From Epiperipatus broadwayi (lineage: Eukaryota > Animalia > Onychophora): a stretch of 64,000 nucleotides of DNA. Below are positions 1 to 13,290 of the stretch, piece by piece. Made by a program: the position numbers and the translations under genes. The stretch lies in contig JAQFVV010000002.1 in the NCBI GenBank assembly GCA_028023455.1, positions 1,674,001 to 1,738,000 of the forward strand, written 5' to 3'. Below the pieces are notes generated by a model. The model was not told the DNA's origin, searched no databases, and was given only the letters and a program-made list of their open reading frames with translations. The first letter of the stretch is position 1. Each line of letters starts with the position of its first letter.

Positions 1-1058
1 ATATAACATAGCTGTTAATAATATATCCATCTTAATTATTATTTTATAATTTAGACAATGATATCCAACTGAAAAATTTAAAATAGACTTTTATAATCTT
101 AAAAGTTGAAAGGCTACAGATTATGATGAATAATGTCAGCCTAGTTTTTTTTGCCTTATACTTAGATTTATTAAGTTATTCTATTCGATTTTAAAGATAC
201 TTTATTTTCATTATAATTTATAAAAATTAAAAGAAAGCTATGAACTCTAGTAATTATACAATATCATAGTTATCTATTCAGTAATTGATACTTTTAAAGA
301 TTTTTTAAAAATAGATTGCTTTTAGTTTTAGGTAAAAGTATGGTTTTAAAAATTTAAGAATCGCTGTATATATGTTTTTTTTATTGCGAGACAAATGTAA
401 AAAAAGAAAAAGCATAAAACAAAAATATTTTATTTTGCATTACTTTTATCGATTTGGTTAAAACATTTTAATTGAACAGATTTTTGGCAATGCTGGATAT
501 TGGCTAGTTGTCCATCTTTCATAATATGTAAATCTTACATTATAAAAATAAAAGAGAATACTATTTCTGCTGGTTAAAAATATGGACACTTTAGAAATGA
601 AAATAGATGTTGAGATAAAAGTCCTAACTTCACTTTCTTCCTATTTTTGTGATAGTAATGTTTTAAACAATTTATAGGTAAGTTCATGAAGCAGATATCA
701 AAATACAATATTGATTATGTGGTGTGGTTTTTAATTTTCAACAGTTATACATTGCAATTATGCATTGGATTTACATATTATTAGAATATTTGGCTCTATA
801 ATGTTTTTATTATACTCTTCAAAATTTGAAAAAATGATGATATAAAATTAAGACAGTAATAGTCAGGTTTTGAAGAACATTTATCACAATCAAAAAGCAG
901 TAAATTATACAAATGAACTATAAAAGCAAACACTAATAAGGCTGTTCCCATGTTTCCAAAAATATTATAATAGTTAAATAAATTGACTTTATGGATTAAA
1001 TTGTAAAATAAATAAAATAAAAGTGTTTGTCTAAAGGTTTGTGATGGTGGTACCTTAG

Positions 1059-1316
1059 TATTAATTATTTGTTGAACTATTTCCATTATCTAATATTAAA
1101 TACTGACAGTCTTTAGAAAAATTGTAAACTTTATTTAAACTTTCCAACTACATTCACTTGTTAGTAACACAAATTAATGAAAATAAGACATTTTGAGTGT
1201 ATTATTTCTCTTTCCTTCAGATGTTGCTGGTCTGACAGTGATAGTACTAATATGAGAATCGAAGCTGAACCTTTACATTTGTAAATATTGCACTTGAGAT
1301 AAAGTTCTAATCAAAG
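1059..1316 (-). mobile_element. Family B copy (tRNA head with internal deletion + decayed HHR + PLE-type tail)
   Basis: The reverse complement aligns with 1317-1596 and 46216-46457: ctttga..ttagaac, aaaggttcagcttcgatt, acatCTGAAGG..CTCAAAATG, ggaaagtttaaataaag. Confidence 0.75.
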
Positions 1317-1596
1317 ACAGAATAGCTCAGTTGGTTAAAGCATTACCTTAAATTCAATATTCAACAATCTAAAGGTCCAAGTTCCATTTCCTTGCTAATA
1401 CTGCCACTGGTCAGGCCAGAAACACTTGAAGAAATGAGGAGAATAATGCTACTCAAAATGTTGTGTTATATACTAATGTTCTGTATCATTAGTAATAGCT
1501 GAATGTATTTGAAGAGTTTAAATAAAGTTTTCAATTTTTTAAAGACATCAAATATTTAATATTGGATGATGGAAATACACCAACAAATAATTAATA
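1317..1596 (+). mobile_element. Family B copy (tRNA head + decayed HHR + PLE-type tail)
   Basis: A box TAGCTCAGTTGGTTAAAGC, ATCTAAAGGTCC, acacTTGAAGA..CTCAAAATGTTGTGT (1422-1466), gtttaaataaag. Confidence 0.8.
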
Positions 1597-4226
1597 ATAA
1601 AATAAATAAAAATTGAGAATATTTGTTTATTGGTATCAAACTATAATTAAAAAAATAGCACTGTAAAATGAAAAAAAAACACATATATATAATAGTATAG
1701 AATAATTTATTGGTAATGATGGAAACATAGTAAATAACATTTATTTTGAAATTAAATTGAGATGCATTGTGTTAAACAGGGATGCCTTAATATTTTAAAA
1801 ATATATTTCAATAATCATGTTTCTTCCTATTCACTACTAGGATATTTTGTAAAAAAGAATAGTAGTAAGACTCTAGGCTGCACATCACACACAGAAACAA
1901 TTGTGTTAAAATTAAAAAGAGGGAAATGAATCTAAATAAATGGAGGTTTCAACAAATAGTTTTGAGTATCTAATAATATCAAAAAGCTAAAAATTGAAAT
2001 AAGAGGGCGTATTGTTCCATAGATAAGCTATAGATTAAAAATTAAAATTGTCACTTATATTAAAATTGATTGAGATACTTACATCAAGACTATATGAATG
2101 ATGAATATAAAATCAAATAAGAAAATTTTCAAAAATAATGTGAAAAAAGAAGTTTTAATTTATAGAGGTTTCAAACCAAAATATTAAAGTTATTGATTTT
2201 ATATAATATGGAAAACTATACATAATACATAAATAAAAACAATAATAATAAAATTCCAACTTAGTACCAAAACCTCGAAAATGAACATTTTAAAAAATTA
2301 TTTTATTGTAAAAAAAAAAAATGCCGTAGAAATTACAAAAAGTGTTTTTTTGTTTTTTTTTTAAATATTTTTGTTTATATATTATAAGTAAGACTTTAAA
2401 TTCAATTTTAAAATTTTATTTGTGAATCTTTAAATTGTCTTTAATATTAATACAATATATATATATGTGTGCATTATTTAAGTGGTTTAGGTTGCTTACT
2501 ATCAACTTTGCAGACATATAATATATTTTCTAAAAACAGACGAGTGAAAAATTTGTATCATCTAATTTTAAGCAATGAATTTATTTAAAAATTAGTAATA
2601 TATAGCTAAAATAAAATATAAACAGATTTTAAATATCTCACTATAAAGCATTGATTCTCCAAGAGTCTTTCACATAGGAATTGTAAAATAAAAGGCATTG
2701 TTGACCACATTTTTCAATTTTTGGGTGACAAATTTTGAGCATTTTTAAATTCATATTTTATTCAGTAGGTAGGAATAGATAAATAACCATTGGTTTACCA
2801 TTTTAATCTTATTAGAATCTGAAATTTGAAAATGTTACATGTTATGAACCTGTCAGGCAATTGTGCTATTGTTACAATTAGATTTGTTTAATATGCATCT
2901 GGATAACATTAATTACAATACAATTGCCTTATGATATGCTATTACATTTAAATTAAAATAAAAAAAACTCAGCATACAATATGAATTCTCCATCAAATTA
3001 AAATAAATAAAACATTTTTAGCTTATAAAATCATTCTGGTAAAATAAAGATAATAATCCAGTTGAGTAAAAATAGTTGATTGAAAATATTAATCAAATGA
3101 ATACATTTTTTTTATGTAAAGATAGCTGGAGATAACTAAACAATAGAATATTATGACTAAAAAATAAGGATGATATTCTATTGGTAGTGAGATTATTTGC
3201 ATTTCAACACATTCCTATTTAGTATACCAGAATTTATTGTTCTACATAAATTCAGTTTAGTTCTTTATATCATTAATATGCATTCATTATTGCAAATCAA
3301 ATTAAGGTAAATAATTTTTCCCTATATGAAATGCAGAAAAAGTATAATTATATATTTTTATCAGCATATAGTGTCATCTCAATTCTACTATTTGGCCACC
3401 ATTCATCAGCATGGAAACGCAGACTACCTTTTTTTATATGCATGCAAATTTAAACTATTTCATTTCTCAGGTGAGTTGAATATAAACACATGGAATAACC
3501 TAAATATATATATATATATATATTATTTCTTGAAGCCCATCAGCCAAATGATATTTGACGAAACTTAAATAAGAAATTGTAATAATTAGTGTTAAAAAAA
3601 TTATGGACAATAATCAATAACTATTTTACTTATCAATAAATTCAAAGAATCACCAACTAAACAATATTTCTAAACACAGTATAAGTGGATTAATTAATAA
3701 ATAGATAAAATAATATTAATAAAAATGGAAATCAAAAATAATTTTACACACTTACTCCTATTTATAATAAAGATGAAAATATATAATTAAAAATAAAATT
3801 CATATTAAGTTAATAACAATTCACTCATAGTAAATAAATTTTAATAAAAGGCAATTGGTATGGGGTATTTCTTTTTCTATCCATAGGGAAAATATTACAA
3901 GAGAAGAATAAGTCGAAAATATTTGCAGCTTTTTTTAAAAACAATATTGCTTAAATGAGATTTATTATTTCATATATATGTATATTTTTTTTTATGAGCG
4001 TATGTAAAATACTTGATATTACTTGGATAATGCCATATAGTTATTAGAGAAACTAAATCTGATAATATGCACAAATTTTCTGACTTAAAAAATTAATATC
4101 TTAATAAGAATAATGTGTATGATTCATAAAATAATGCAAGAAAACTTTTTTAAACCGATTTTAAATTTTGATGATAGCTAACAAGATTTTGATAAATTTT
4201 AAACAACAAGAACAAAACATATAGAA

Positions 4227-4228
<2 letters not shown>

Positions 4229-4322
<94 letters not shown>

Positions 4323-4366
4323 CAACAACAACAACAACAAAACAACAACAATAACAACAACAGCAA
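4229..4366. repeat. Compound (AAT)n-(AAC)n microsatellite
   Basis: Directly visible. It accounts for the poly-I and poly-L ORFs in the track. Confidence 0.97.
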
Positions 4367-4899
4367 CAGCCTCCTTTAATGAAATCATAAAAATATATAT
4401 AAAAGAAAGTAAATTCTTCTCTTTTAAAATGGAAAGTACTAATGCAGCAAATTACAGAATAATAAATTAATTTGCATTTAACATTATAAAAACACACACA
4501 AGTAATTTTATTGTCATGACAACTGAAGGTAATTACCTATATATAAAATCAAATTATTTAATCATAATGTTAATGTCATGAATTTTATTACATAATTTTA
4601 TTTACACCTATTTTTTAAACATATTTGTTGTAAATTTAGGTACTTCATTATCTTCATTCAACTTTCTATAATATAATTAATATTTTTTATTTGCTAATTA
4701 GAATATGCTAGCTTAAGCTTTAAAGAACTGGTGAATTTTGAGTTAGATATTTTTATATTGTAAATCGTATCCAATCAAAAAGTAGTACTGCTAGTAGTAG
4801 TAAGGGTAGTAGTAATTATAATAATAATAATCGAATAAATCTATTAAAATGGCTTATAAAAGTTTGAAAAAATAATTAAGTGAACAATGATTAAATTAT

Positions 4900-5800
4900 A
4901 AGCAAATATTTGGTTTTTAAAATGAAATTAATTATTTCTAGAAATTATCTTATTAGAAGATTTTTTTATTATAAACTAAGAAAAGATCATTTATTAAGAA
5001 ATATTTGAGCTAATTAACTTTGAGTTCATATTTATTATCTAAGTAATATGAGGTAATAAATTGAAAGCTGGTTTATTAAGATCTCAAGCATTTAATATTT
5101 GTTTATTTAATCAATGTTTGAATTTAACATTAATAAAATATTTGAGATAAAAATAAAGCAACATTAAGGATAATTTTATATTCAAAAACATTGATATATA
5201 TGAAGCAACAGTAATAATAGCTTATTATAAAAAAGTTCAATATTAAAAAAAGCTGAACTGGTTCTTTTCTGTGGCTCTATATATTTATTTTTTCTTATAT
5301 ATAATACATTGGATTTTTAGTGCTGTCTTCTAATCTTTTTTGCAGAAAAACGCTTTAAAATTTTGTTTAATGGTAGTAGTCCTTCTCTTCTAATTTCAGG
5401 TTTATCTATCTTATAATGTTTGTAATTATTCTTGCAATAATTAAGGCTAGTATTACTTAATCTTTATAATATAAATAGCGTCTGCTTCTCTGGTGTTTAC
5501 AATTCTATATCCATTATCATCTTATCCATCAAAATTGGTCTTATTTTCATACTAGTTATATATTTAAAAATTACAAAGCATTATTAAATAAAATTATTCT
5601 AGTTTCTTTATCTTATATCAATTGACAGTTCATGATTATTTGCCATAAAATAAATTTGGCAGACTAAATGACCTGTAAGCAATGGATTTGTATCAGTATT
5701 ATGAAATACTCCAACTTTTATTTTTTAAATGTAGCAGCAGAACATTGTTTTAGTGCTTCACATTAATATCTATGTAAACCACTGTAATATAATTTGTCCT
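4900..5800 (-). mobile_element. Highly decayed PLE RT remnant
   Basis: Scattered PLE-like fragments (PL.GHLA, E.E..GLLPL, LYIRK) on the minus strand. Confidence 0.3.
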
Positions 5801-6099
5801 GATCAATTAGGAAAAAATGTAAATGGAAGGAATAAAAAACATGATTAGGTGACTAAAAGAAAAAATACGAAACCAAGCTGTATGCATTTACTTTTTTAAA
5901 TACAAGTTTTGAATGAATTGTGAATAAAACAAGTGTTAAAATATAATGAAAACTATAAATGAAGAATGGGTTATTCAGTAAAATATTTATAAAATGTACC
6001 AATATACTTAAAGCATTCATGCAAATAATAATAAACAGTCTCTCCTAAAGGAGTCTGACCATTCTAACTTAAAAAAAAAAGATAGGAGATAAAAGAAAG

Positions 6100-7080
6100 A
6101 AAAACTATACTAGAAAAACGTTTGGCAGAATGATTGTACAAACTAATCTATGAACCATTAATACATCCACATGTAGAACATGTTCCATTTTTCTGTTTAA
6201 TTAATATTTTGTAATGTTGTTTTTTAATTTCTTTAGTGAAAAACTTCTTTTCAAAATACTTCATCACCATGTATAATTGTAGTTCTCCAATGCATTCTAT
6301 TTTCTGCTATACATTTCCAATGGAAACATTTGTCATTGCATTTCTTTAAATTGTCTTTGATATAATCCTTAAAATGTTAGATCTTTCTCATGAAAACCAT
6401 GTTCAGGTTCACCATAAAAAAACTCTTTAAACCAGTCTTGAACTGTTTCTTTGTTTTACAAGTTCAACTTAATAGAGATGTCTGCCCATCCCTTGTATAT
6501 GTATTAAATTTATTATGTCCTGTATATGAGGAGTCAGAATGACTCTAAGTCAGCACGGGTATGATGAGAATCTCAGCCTCAGGGTGGCCTTTGAGTGTTC
6601 CATCATCATATTTTCAATTGGATAGATGGTTGAAGAGTTGGGGTGAGGAGTAGATTGAAGCCTGTCCATTAAAGTATAAAGATTGGCTATCTTAATATAT
6701 ATCTGAGCACTTATTGCATATATGTGTAAAGATGATAATCTGGATCAACTGATGATTGCTCGTTTAGAATGAAATATGTATATTGGGGATTATTTATCTG
6801 TTCAACATATATGTGTTCAAGTATATCAGTGATATGAGATAGAGTGGAGAGTCATGGGTCATGTAAAAGTCTGTGCTCATATACTCTATATATTACAAAA
6901 GAAGATAAGTTTGTACAATAGTGGACCCTATAATATCACATTCAACAAGTTTAAGAACATATTAATCTATTTTATGATCTTGTTATTGTATTTTTACAAT
7001 TTTATAGAGCACCCTTAAAGGAATTTTTTCTAATGTTATTATACTGCACTGATAGGGTATCCAAGTTTCATGTCCAAAGA
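6100..7080 (-). mobile_element. Decayed RTE-like LINE 3' remnant
   Basis: Minus-strand translation fragment FHWKCIAENRMHWRTTIIHG and a QKKQFKD-like segment resemble RTE C-termini. Heavily mutated. Confidence 0.4.
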
Positions 7081-8452
7081 AAATGTTAAAATAACAGTTC
7101 TATATATAAATAACTTAGTTGCATTAGTTATTTTCTTGTGATGATTATTGTTTAACTTGTTAAATGCAACAGCAATACATGTAAAATTATATTTTTAAAA
7201 GATAATATTGAGTTGAATTGTACATTATAAAATTGAGAATGTTTGTATCTATTTACCAATTTATGTATAATTTTTATTTATTATATTTTTAATGATAACC
7301 ATTACAAGAACTTACCATAATTTATGACTTATGAGAATTACGATTAGACATTTTGAAAAGATTCCTATACAGAATGAAAATTAATTTGATAATGTAAATA
7401 AATTTTCTTTAAATTAAAGTTTTTTATTATCAATCATTGATATAAATTTGATCACCATTATATATTTTTTAAAAAGGATAACATGATGAAAAATTAAAAA
7501 TAATTCTTTTTATCTAAATAGCTAGCAAAAAATTGGAAATTGGCAATCATACTAGCCATTGTTTATTATTACTGGGTAATAAACTAATTGAAATTTTGAT
7601 TACTGATTATTGAATTAAATTCTAATATACATTCAAATGAAATATTTTTTTTAAAAATAGTTTAAACTCATAAATATACACAACAATAAAGCAGGTATAC
7701 AAATTTGTGTAAATGCTTTATAATTTTTAATACTAGTATTAATGTTTCCTCTAATGTCATAATTTAGAAGCCCAATAAAAATTAACAAAAATAATATATA
7801 AAGCAGCCTTTTATTAATAATATTTATTATTAAGATTTCTTTTTTTCCAAATTAAACATAATTAATATTCAGTGTTTAGGTACATAAAATGTGATATAAA
7901 TATTACAATTAATCTTAATATTAGATTTGAAATTATTTAAATTTATATTTTGTATTTTGTGTATATAATTTTCATTAAATATATATATATATATATATAG
8001 GGTATTTATGAATTTGATGAATACTGTTAGAAATTCAAAAGTGTCATATTTTGGATATTTAAATTTAAAAAAAAATGTATTTTTTGTATTTCCTTTAACT
8101 GATTCCTTCAACTTATTTAATCTTTGTCTAATTTTTGTATTGGTCCACTACTTAAATCTGAGAACAATATTATTCGTCAGTTTCATTTCCAGTCGGTTTC
8201 TATTGTTTACATTTAACCAATTTGAATCTAAAATTATTCAATTTTTAGAAGCTGAATTAAAAAATTTTTGTGTATTTTAGATTAATATTGAAAAATTAAA
8301 AATAATGTTAATAACTGAAGAAAAATATAAGAAAAAATGTTTAAAAAATAGCCAGTGGTAAAACAAAAGAATTATATTTCAACCAATCCATGGTCTCATT
8401 ATTCAGTTCTGTAGCTGTCAAAATAATTTACTTTTCTGAAGAGCTATCATTC

Positions 8453-8870
8453 CCAAGCTTATTTTTCTTGTAATATTTAAATTTTTTCAAATCAAACTTT
8501 ATATTTTGATAAAGTAATGTAAAATCTTATTTATGAATGTAAAAAATTATAATAGATATGATTATTTACTTCAAAATATGAAAGTGTACTACATTTCATT
8601 TTCAGTTCTGAATTTGCCATTTAGAAATGCCTAATTACGGTCAGTAGTGATAATTGTTTTTTATTATCTATTATCGATCATTTCTCCAAGCATATTTTTC
8701 TTGTAATATTTAAAATTTTTTGAATCAAACTTTATATTTTGATAAAGTAATGTAAAATCTTATTTATGAATGTAAAAAATTACATTTAAATATATTTATT
8801 TACTTCAAAATCAATTATGAATATGTAGAACATATTTGTTTAGTTTCTGACTTTGTCATTTAGAAACACC
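8453..8870. repeat. Diverged direct duplication, period 233 bp
   Basis: ccaagc(t/a)tatttttcttgtaatatttaa...gtaatgtaaaatcttatttatgaatgtaaaaaatta at 8453 and 8686. Confidence 0.9.
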
Positions 8871-9198
8871 AACAAGACAATTTCCAGGTTTGGCAGGCAT
8901 CCAATCAGAGAAAAGAGAATGATCTAAGCACCAATAACCAGCAAAGAAAATTGATTTTTTTTTCAAAATATAATGCTATGTGCAGATGTTTTTAGAACTA
9001 CAATTTTAAATTTTGAATTTTCTATAAAATAAGCCTAAAATGAAGAAATTTTAACCAAAATTGACCAAGAGATGCCTCATGCTATGTCCAAAAACTATAA
9101 ATAGCATTTTGGCCTAATAAATTAGCAATAGGATCTAAACAAAAATAACTATTGAAGGATTAAGTGAATATAAAAATTAAAAAATATATTATTTATAA

Positions 9199-10659
9199 CA
9201 AGAATTCCCAAAGTGATCAATATCAACCCCCAGGGGTCGATTTGAACTTTTTAGGGGTCAAGAATTTCAATAAAAAAATTTGGGGGTTGACAACAGCAAA
9301 AATAGACCCCCTTACTATTGCTATTTGTTTGTTACTTCAAAATACCTATGATTCCAATAGGTACCTAATTAAGAAGTAAAATAATTAAAAAAAAAAAACA
9401 CTTTTTTGATAAAAACACATTACATGCCAAACTTGCGAATGAAAAGGTAAAATGTGTCATTAAAAGAGTCACACATAAGAGTACATGTAGCACAAGCTTG
9501 TCTGTACATTGTCTTATCAAACATATTAAAGTAAATAATGATATGAAAAACTGTTGCATGTCTGTGGTGTATGAGACAATATTCGATATTAGCAGAATTT
9601 ATCAGTTTTGTAGGTCATGCTTTCATAAAACACTATAAATTTGTTTGTTTGATGTGACATGTACTTATTTGCAATTTGAACTTTGAGAAGCAGTACTACA
9701 AAAAAGAAAATCAGAGGACACAGTTTATTTTTTCGAATTTGGACAAAAATCTGTTTCAAGTAAGTACATACTTTATTGTTTTTGTTTTTTTATCACAGGG
9801 GCTGTCAAAATTATTTTTTAATAAAAGTCTCTTACGATAATATGACTGAACCAAAAAAGAAATGCAGACAGTACAACTCGGATTATTTGAAGCTAAGATT
9901 TGTCCCATCATTATCAAACATCATTTACCAATGTGCCTCATATGTGAAAAAGCCTTTAGCAATGATGTTATGAAACTATCAAAACTAGTACATCACTTGA
10001 ACAGAATTCACTCTCACAAAAGAGAAAAAGATTTGTTTTAAACCTGTTTTAGAACAGACATCGATTGCATATTACTGAACATGGAGATTTGAGAATGCAA
10101 CTCATTAATTTAAAACTAGCTTAGCTAAATTGTTGACAGATCACCAGGTGTACCCATCTCATTAAGTTCAGTTTTCCAAGCTAATTTATTTGGTATTCTT
10201 ATTTTTATAATTCTGATTAAAATCTTTCGTTGTTGCAATTTTGTTGATGTTTAATTCTGTCTTAATATGTTGATTTTTTCACTTTATTTTTTATGTTTAA
10301 TAAAGTGATTTTAATATTTGTACTTATTTTGAATTTACATATTTATTTCATATTTAAATGTCAAAAATTAAAAAAAAAAACTCTGTTCGTAATTTTTTTT
10401 TTTTTTTTGCTTTAATTTTCGTTAGTGCAGGTTTTGATATTAAATGTTGCACAAGATAATGTCATATTCCGCAATCCTTTTATCTTTTTCAATCAATTAT
10501 AAGTGATTAAAATGAAAATTTGATATCTAGAAAATATTTAATATCGAGTACTAAAGAAATTTATTAATTTGAGTTAATAAAGTAAATGATTAGGAAGTCG
10601 ACATTTTTAAAAGTTTTTGGTAAAGGGGTTTGCAGCCGGAAAAAGTTTGGGAACTCTTG
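9199..10659 (+). mobile_element. Internally deleted hAT (Buster/Charlie-type) DNA transposon
   Basis: TIRs caagaattcccaaagt (9199) and aagtttgggaactcttg (ending 10659). 8-bp TSD atttataa/atttatat with central TA. Frameshifted BED-finger N-terminus KKKCRQYNSDYLKLRF / PMCLICEKAFSNDVMKLSKLVHHLNRIH (9842-10033). Subterminal GGGGTC repeats. Confidence 0.88.
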
Positions 10660-11378
10660 ATTTATATCAACCATATGTCTAATGCTACTTGATTTTTTTT
10701 TTTAATCTTATTACATTTATAATAATACTTATCTAGAAAGAATCTATTCAATAAATTTTCAGTCTTTATAACAATATTCATAAAATCGTAGTTTTGATAC
10801 TCTTATCTTACTTACCAGCCTATTTTAAAATTCTTTCAAGGATTCCATAACAATTCACAATCTTTTAAGTTTTAAGATATTTCTGTTAGACTGGACATTT
10901 CTGTCAAGAAATGAATAGATCTAGACTTGTTGGTTATATTATTACTTGCACTTATCTACCTTTTTATATAATCATGTGTTTGGAATATCATTTTTCTAAA
11001 AATCGTGCTATCCATTGATATAATAAATTTCAAACATAAAAACATATTTATTGATTATTATCTATAATGAATTTTAAAAAATATTGAGAATTTAAAAGAG
11101 TGAATATTAATTAAATTTTAAAAATAATTAACTTAAGCTACGTCAAATATCAATTTAGTAATCTTTCCATGCAACGCATTTAGTAGCTGAAATATTTGAA
11201 CTATTTTAACATTTTCAATATTTAGAAAAATTTCTAACTTGATTACAAATCAACAAATGATAATCTCCTTTGAAATTTTAATCCATGAATTACTCTCAAA
11301 ATATTTTGTTGCAGATTGAACTTTTGATTTGAAATGTTTGTGTATTATTAAGTCACACTTTCGTTTTATTAATCAATC

Positions 11379-11625
11379 ATATATATTAATGCTAAAACCT
11401 TAAGACTATGCGCCTAAAATGCGATAGTAGGGACTTCTACAAATCTAAACACAACATAAAGTCAAAGATAAGAGGCCACTCTTGTCTTTTAAAGTTGTTA
11501 ATCTTCTGTTTAGATTTGTAGAGGTCCCTACTGTCGCATATTAGGCGCATAGTCTTAAGGTTTTAGCCTTAATATATATTTCTTACATGTATGCGCATTA
11601 CAAATTATTAATTACAACTTTATAT
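11379..11625. mobile_element. Foldback element with about 70 bp inverted arms plus a conserved 3' extension
   Basis: TTAA-tgctaaaaccttaagactatgcgcc...ggcgcatagtcttaaggttttagcc-TTAA (11390-11568). A partial second copy lies at 63325-63480. Confidence 0.8.
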
Positions 11626-12875
11626 GTATATATATTGTGACTTCATTATAGTACCATTATTCTCCTACAGATAGGCAGGATTTTTGATTTAAATAAATTC
11701 AAAAACAGATTCGGTTGGATTCAGTGCATTTTGTTCTATAGAATTATCAGGTTTTAGTAAACCAAAACCAGTTTTAATGTTCATACTGGTTTTTATTTTT
11801 GTTTATTCATTATTTAAATAATACTATGTTAAACATATTATTTTTTAAAAATATAATACCTCTTTTAATAATTTATTATAGAATCACTTATGTATTCATA
11901 TGTAGTTGATGAGCATCAGATATTTTTGCTAACCATAATTCTCAGACTAGTCGTGCTTGGTCTTGGTATATGAAGAATACTAAATGTAGATGTTCATTTA
12001 AAAGTTGCCGTTGTTACTATTTCTATCCAACATAATAACTTACTCTAGTGAAATAACATAATATTAAAAATTCATTTTAATTTGTTTTTCTAGTTATTTG
12101 TTTCTGATAGTAGATTAACACCAAACTTTCTTTAGCGTACATTTAAAGTCTAGATTACAGTCCATATTCCATTATTCTATTTTATAAAAATTCTTGTAAA
12201 ACTGAGAAAGAAGATATTTTATAATTTTTCTTTTGACATGGCACTAATTTAAAAGGATTTTTTAATATTTTACATCAGTGTAGCAATTTTTTTTACCTAG
12301 TAAATATAAGACATGATTGTATATATCTATTAAAAATATTTTTCATTTACACATACATTCATTCTGCCTTATCAGGCAACTGAGAAGAAAGACCATGGTG
12401 TTTCTTGAGCTTAAACTCAGAGGTAAAAAGCAAAAAACTCACCTCGCTGATTAATGTATGTTGGTGAGAAGCCCATCCATGTTTGTATACTATATGAATA
12501 ATCACATAGTAACAACAGCTACAACAAGAACATATAGAGTGGACTTTAGGAATTTGCTCTGCTCAGTTCTTTTGGAGAGACCTTCATCCTGCAGTAGATT
12601 GATAATGGTTGACAGTGATGATGATGATGATGAAATATAAGTCCTATTATCATTGATTTGATTTTTTTTCTCATTTTCCATTAAGCTCAATAAAGTAAAC
12701 TATTGAAAAATATTCTACATAAATTAAATTTATTAGAATTAATCATTAATTTATATATATTCTATATTTCAATGTCTATCTGAAAGTTAGATAGATTATT
12801 TTCTTCATCCATTCGATATTTAATTTGTTAAATGTGTCTTCTTTTTTTTTAAAAAAAAAAAAATAATAATTTAAA

Positions 12876-13084
12876 TTTTATTTATATTTTTTCAAATACA
12901 TTAAACCATTAATAATAAACAAGATTGGTATTAGACACAATATTTAGATGATAAATTGTCTTCTCTTTATGTGTTACTGATTTTATTAGCGACAGTGTAA
13001 TATGTGCTTTAAAGCCGTGATCTTTGAATTTTTGAATAGCGAATTTAAGGCGATGCCGTAACTAACTAGGCTATTCTGTTAAAG
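12876..13084 (-). mobile_element. Family B copy (older, decayed)
   Basis: The minus strand reads ctttaacagaatagcctagttagttacggcatcgccttaaattcgctattcaaaaattcaaagatc...acactgtc...aacacataaagag...tattgtgt...aatgtatttgaaaaatataaataaaa, colinear with the 46 kb copy. Confidence 0.7.
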
Positions 13085-13290
13085 AATAATATTATAAACA
13101 ATATTTATCTATGAAGGTTCTGCAGATTCTTTCTTTTTTTCTTTTTTTACTTTTAATGGTAAAGACAATAATAGATTTTCAGACAATATGGATTATCATT
13201 CTAGATTAACTTATGAGGTATTTGCCTTTCTTGTGTAGCTTTTTAAAATTTTCTTTTTATTTTTTTTTCATTCCCAATATTCTTTTATAT

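Noticed and set aside
3520-3575. Hammerhead-like ttgaagcccatca...gacgaaacttaaataa
   Set aside because: The core does not fit CUGANGA and the stems are unconvincing.
4150-4497. Track ORFs with poly-Ile/poly-Leu
   Set aside because: They are translations of the AAT/AAC microsatellite.
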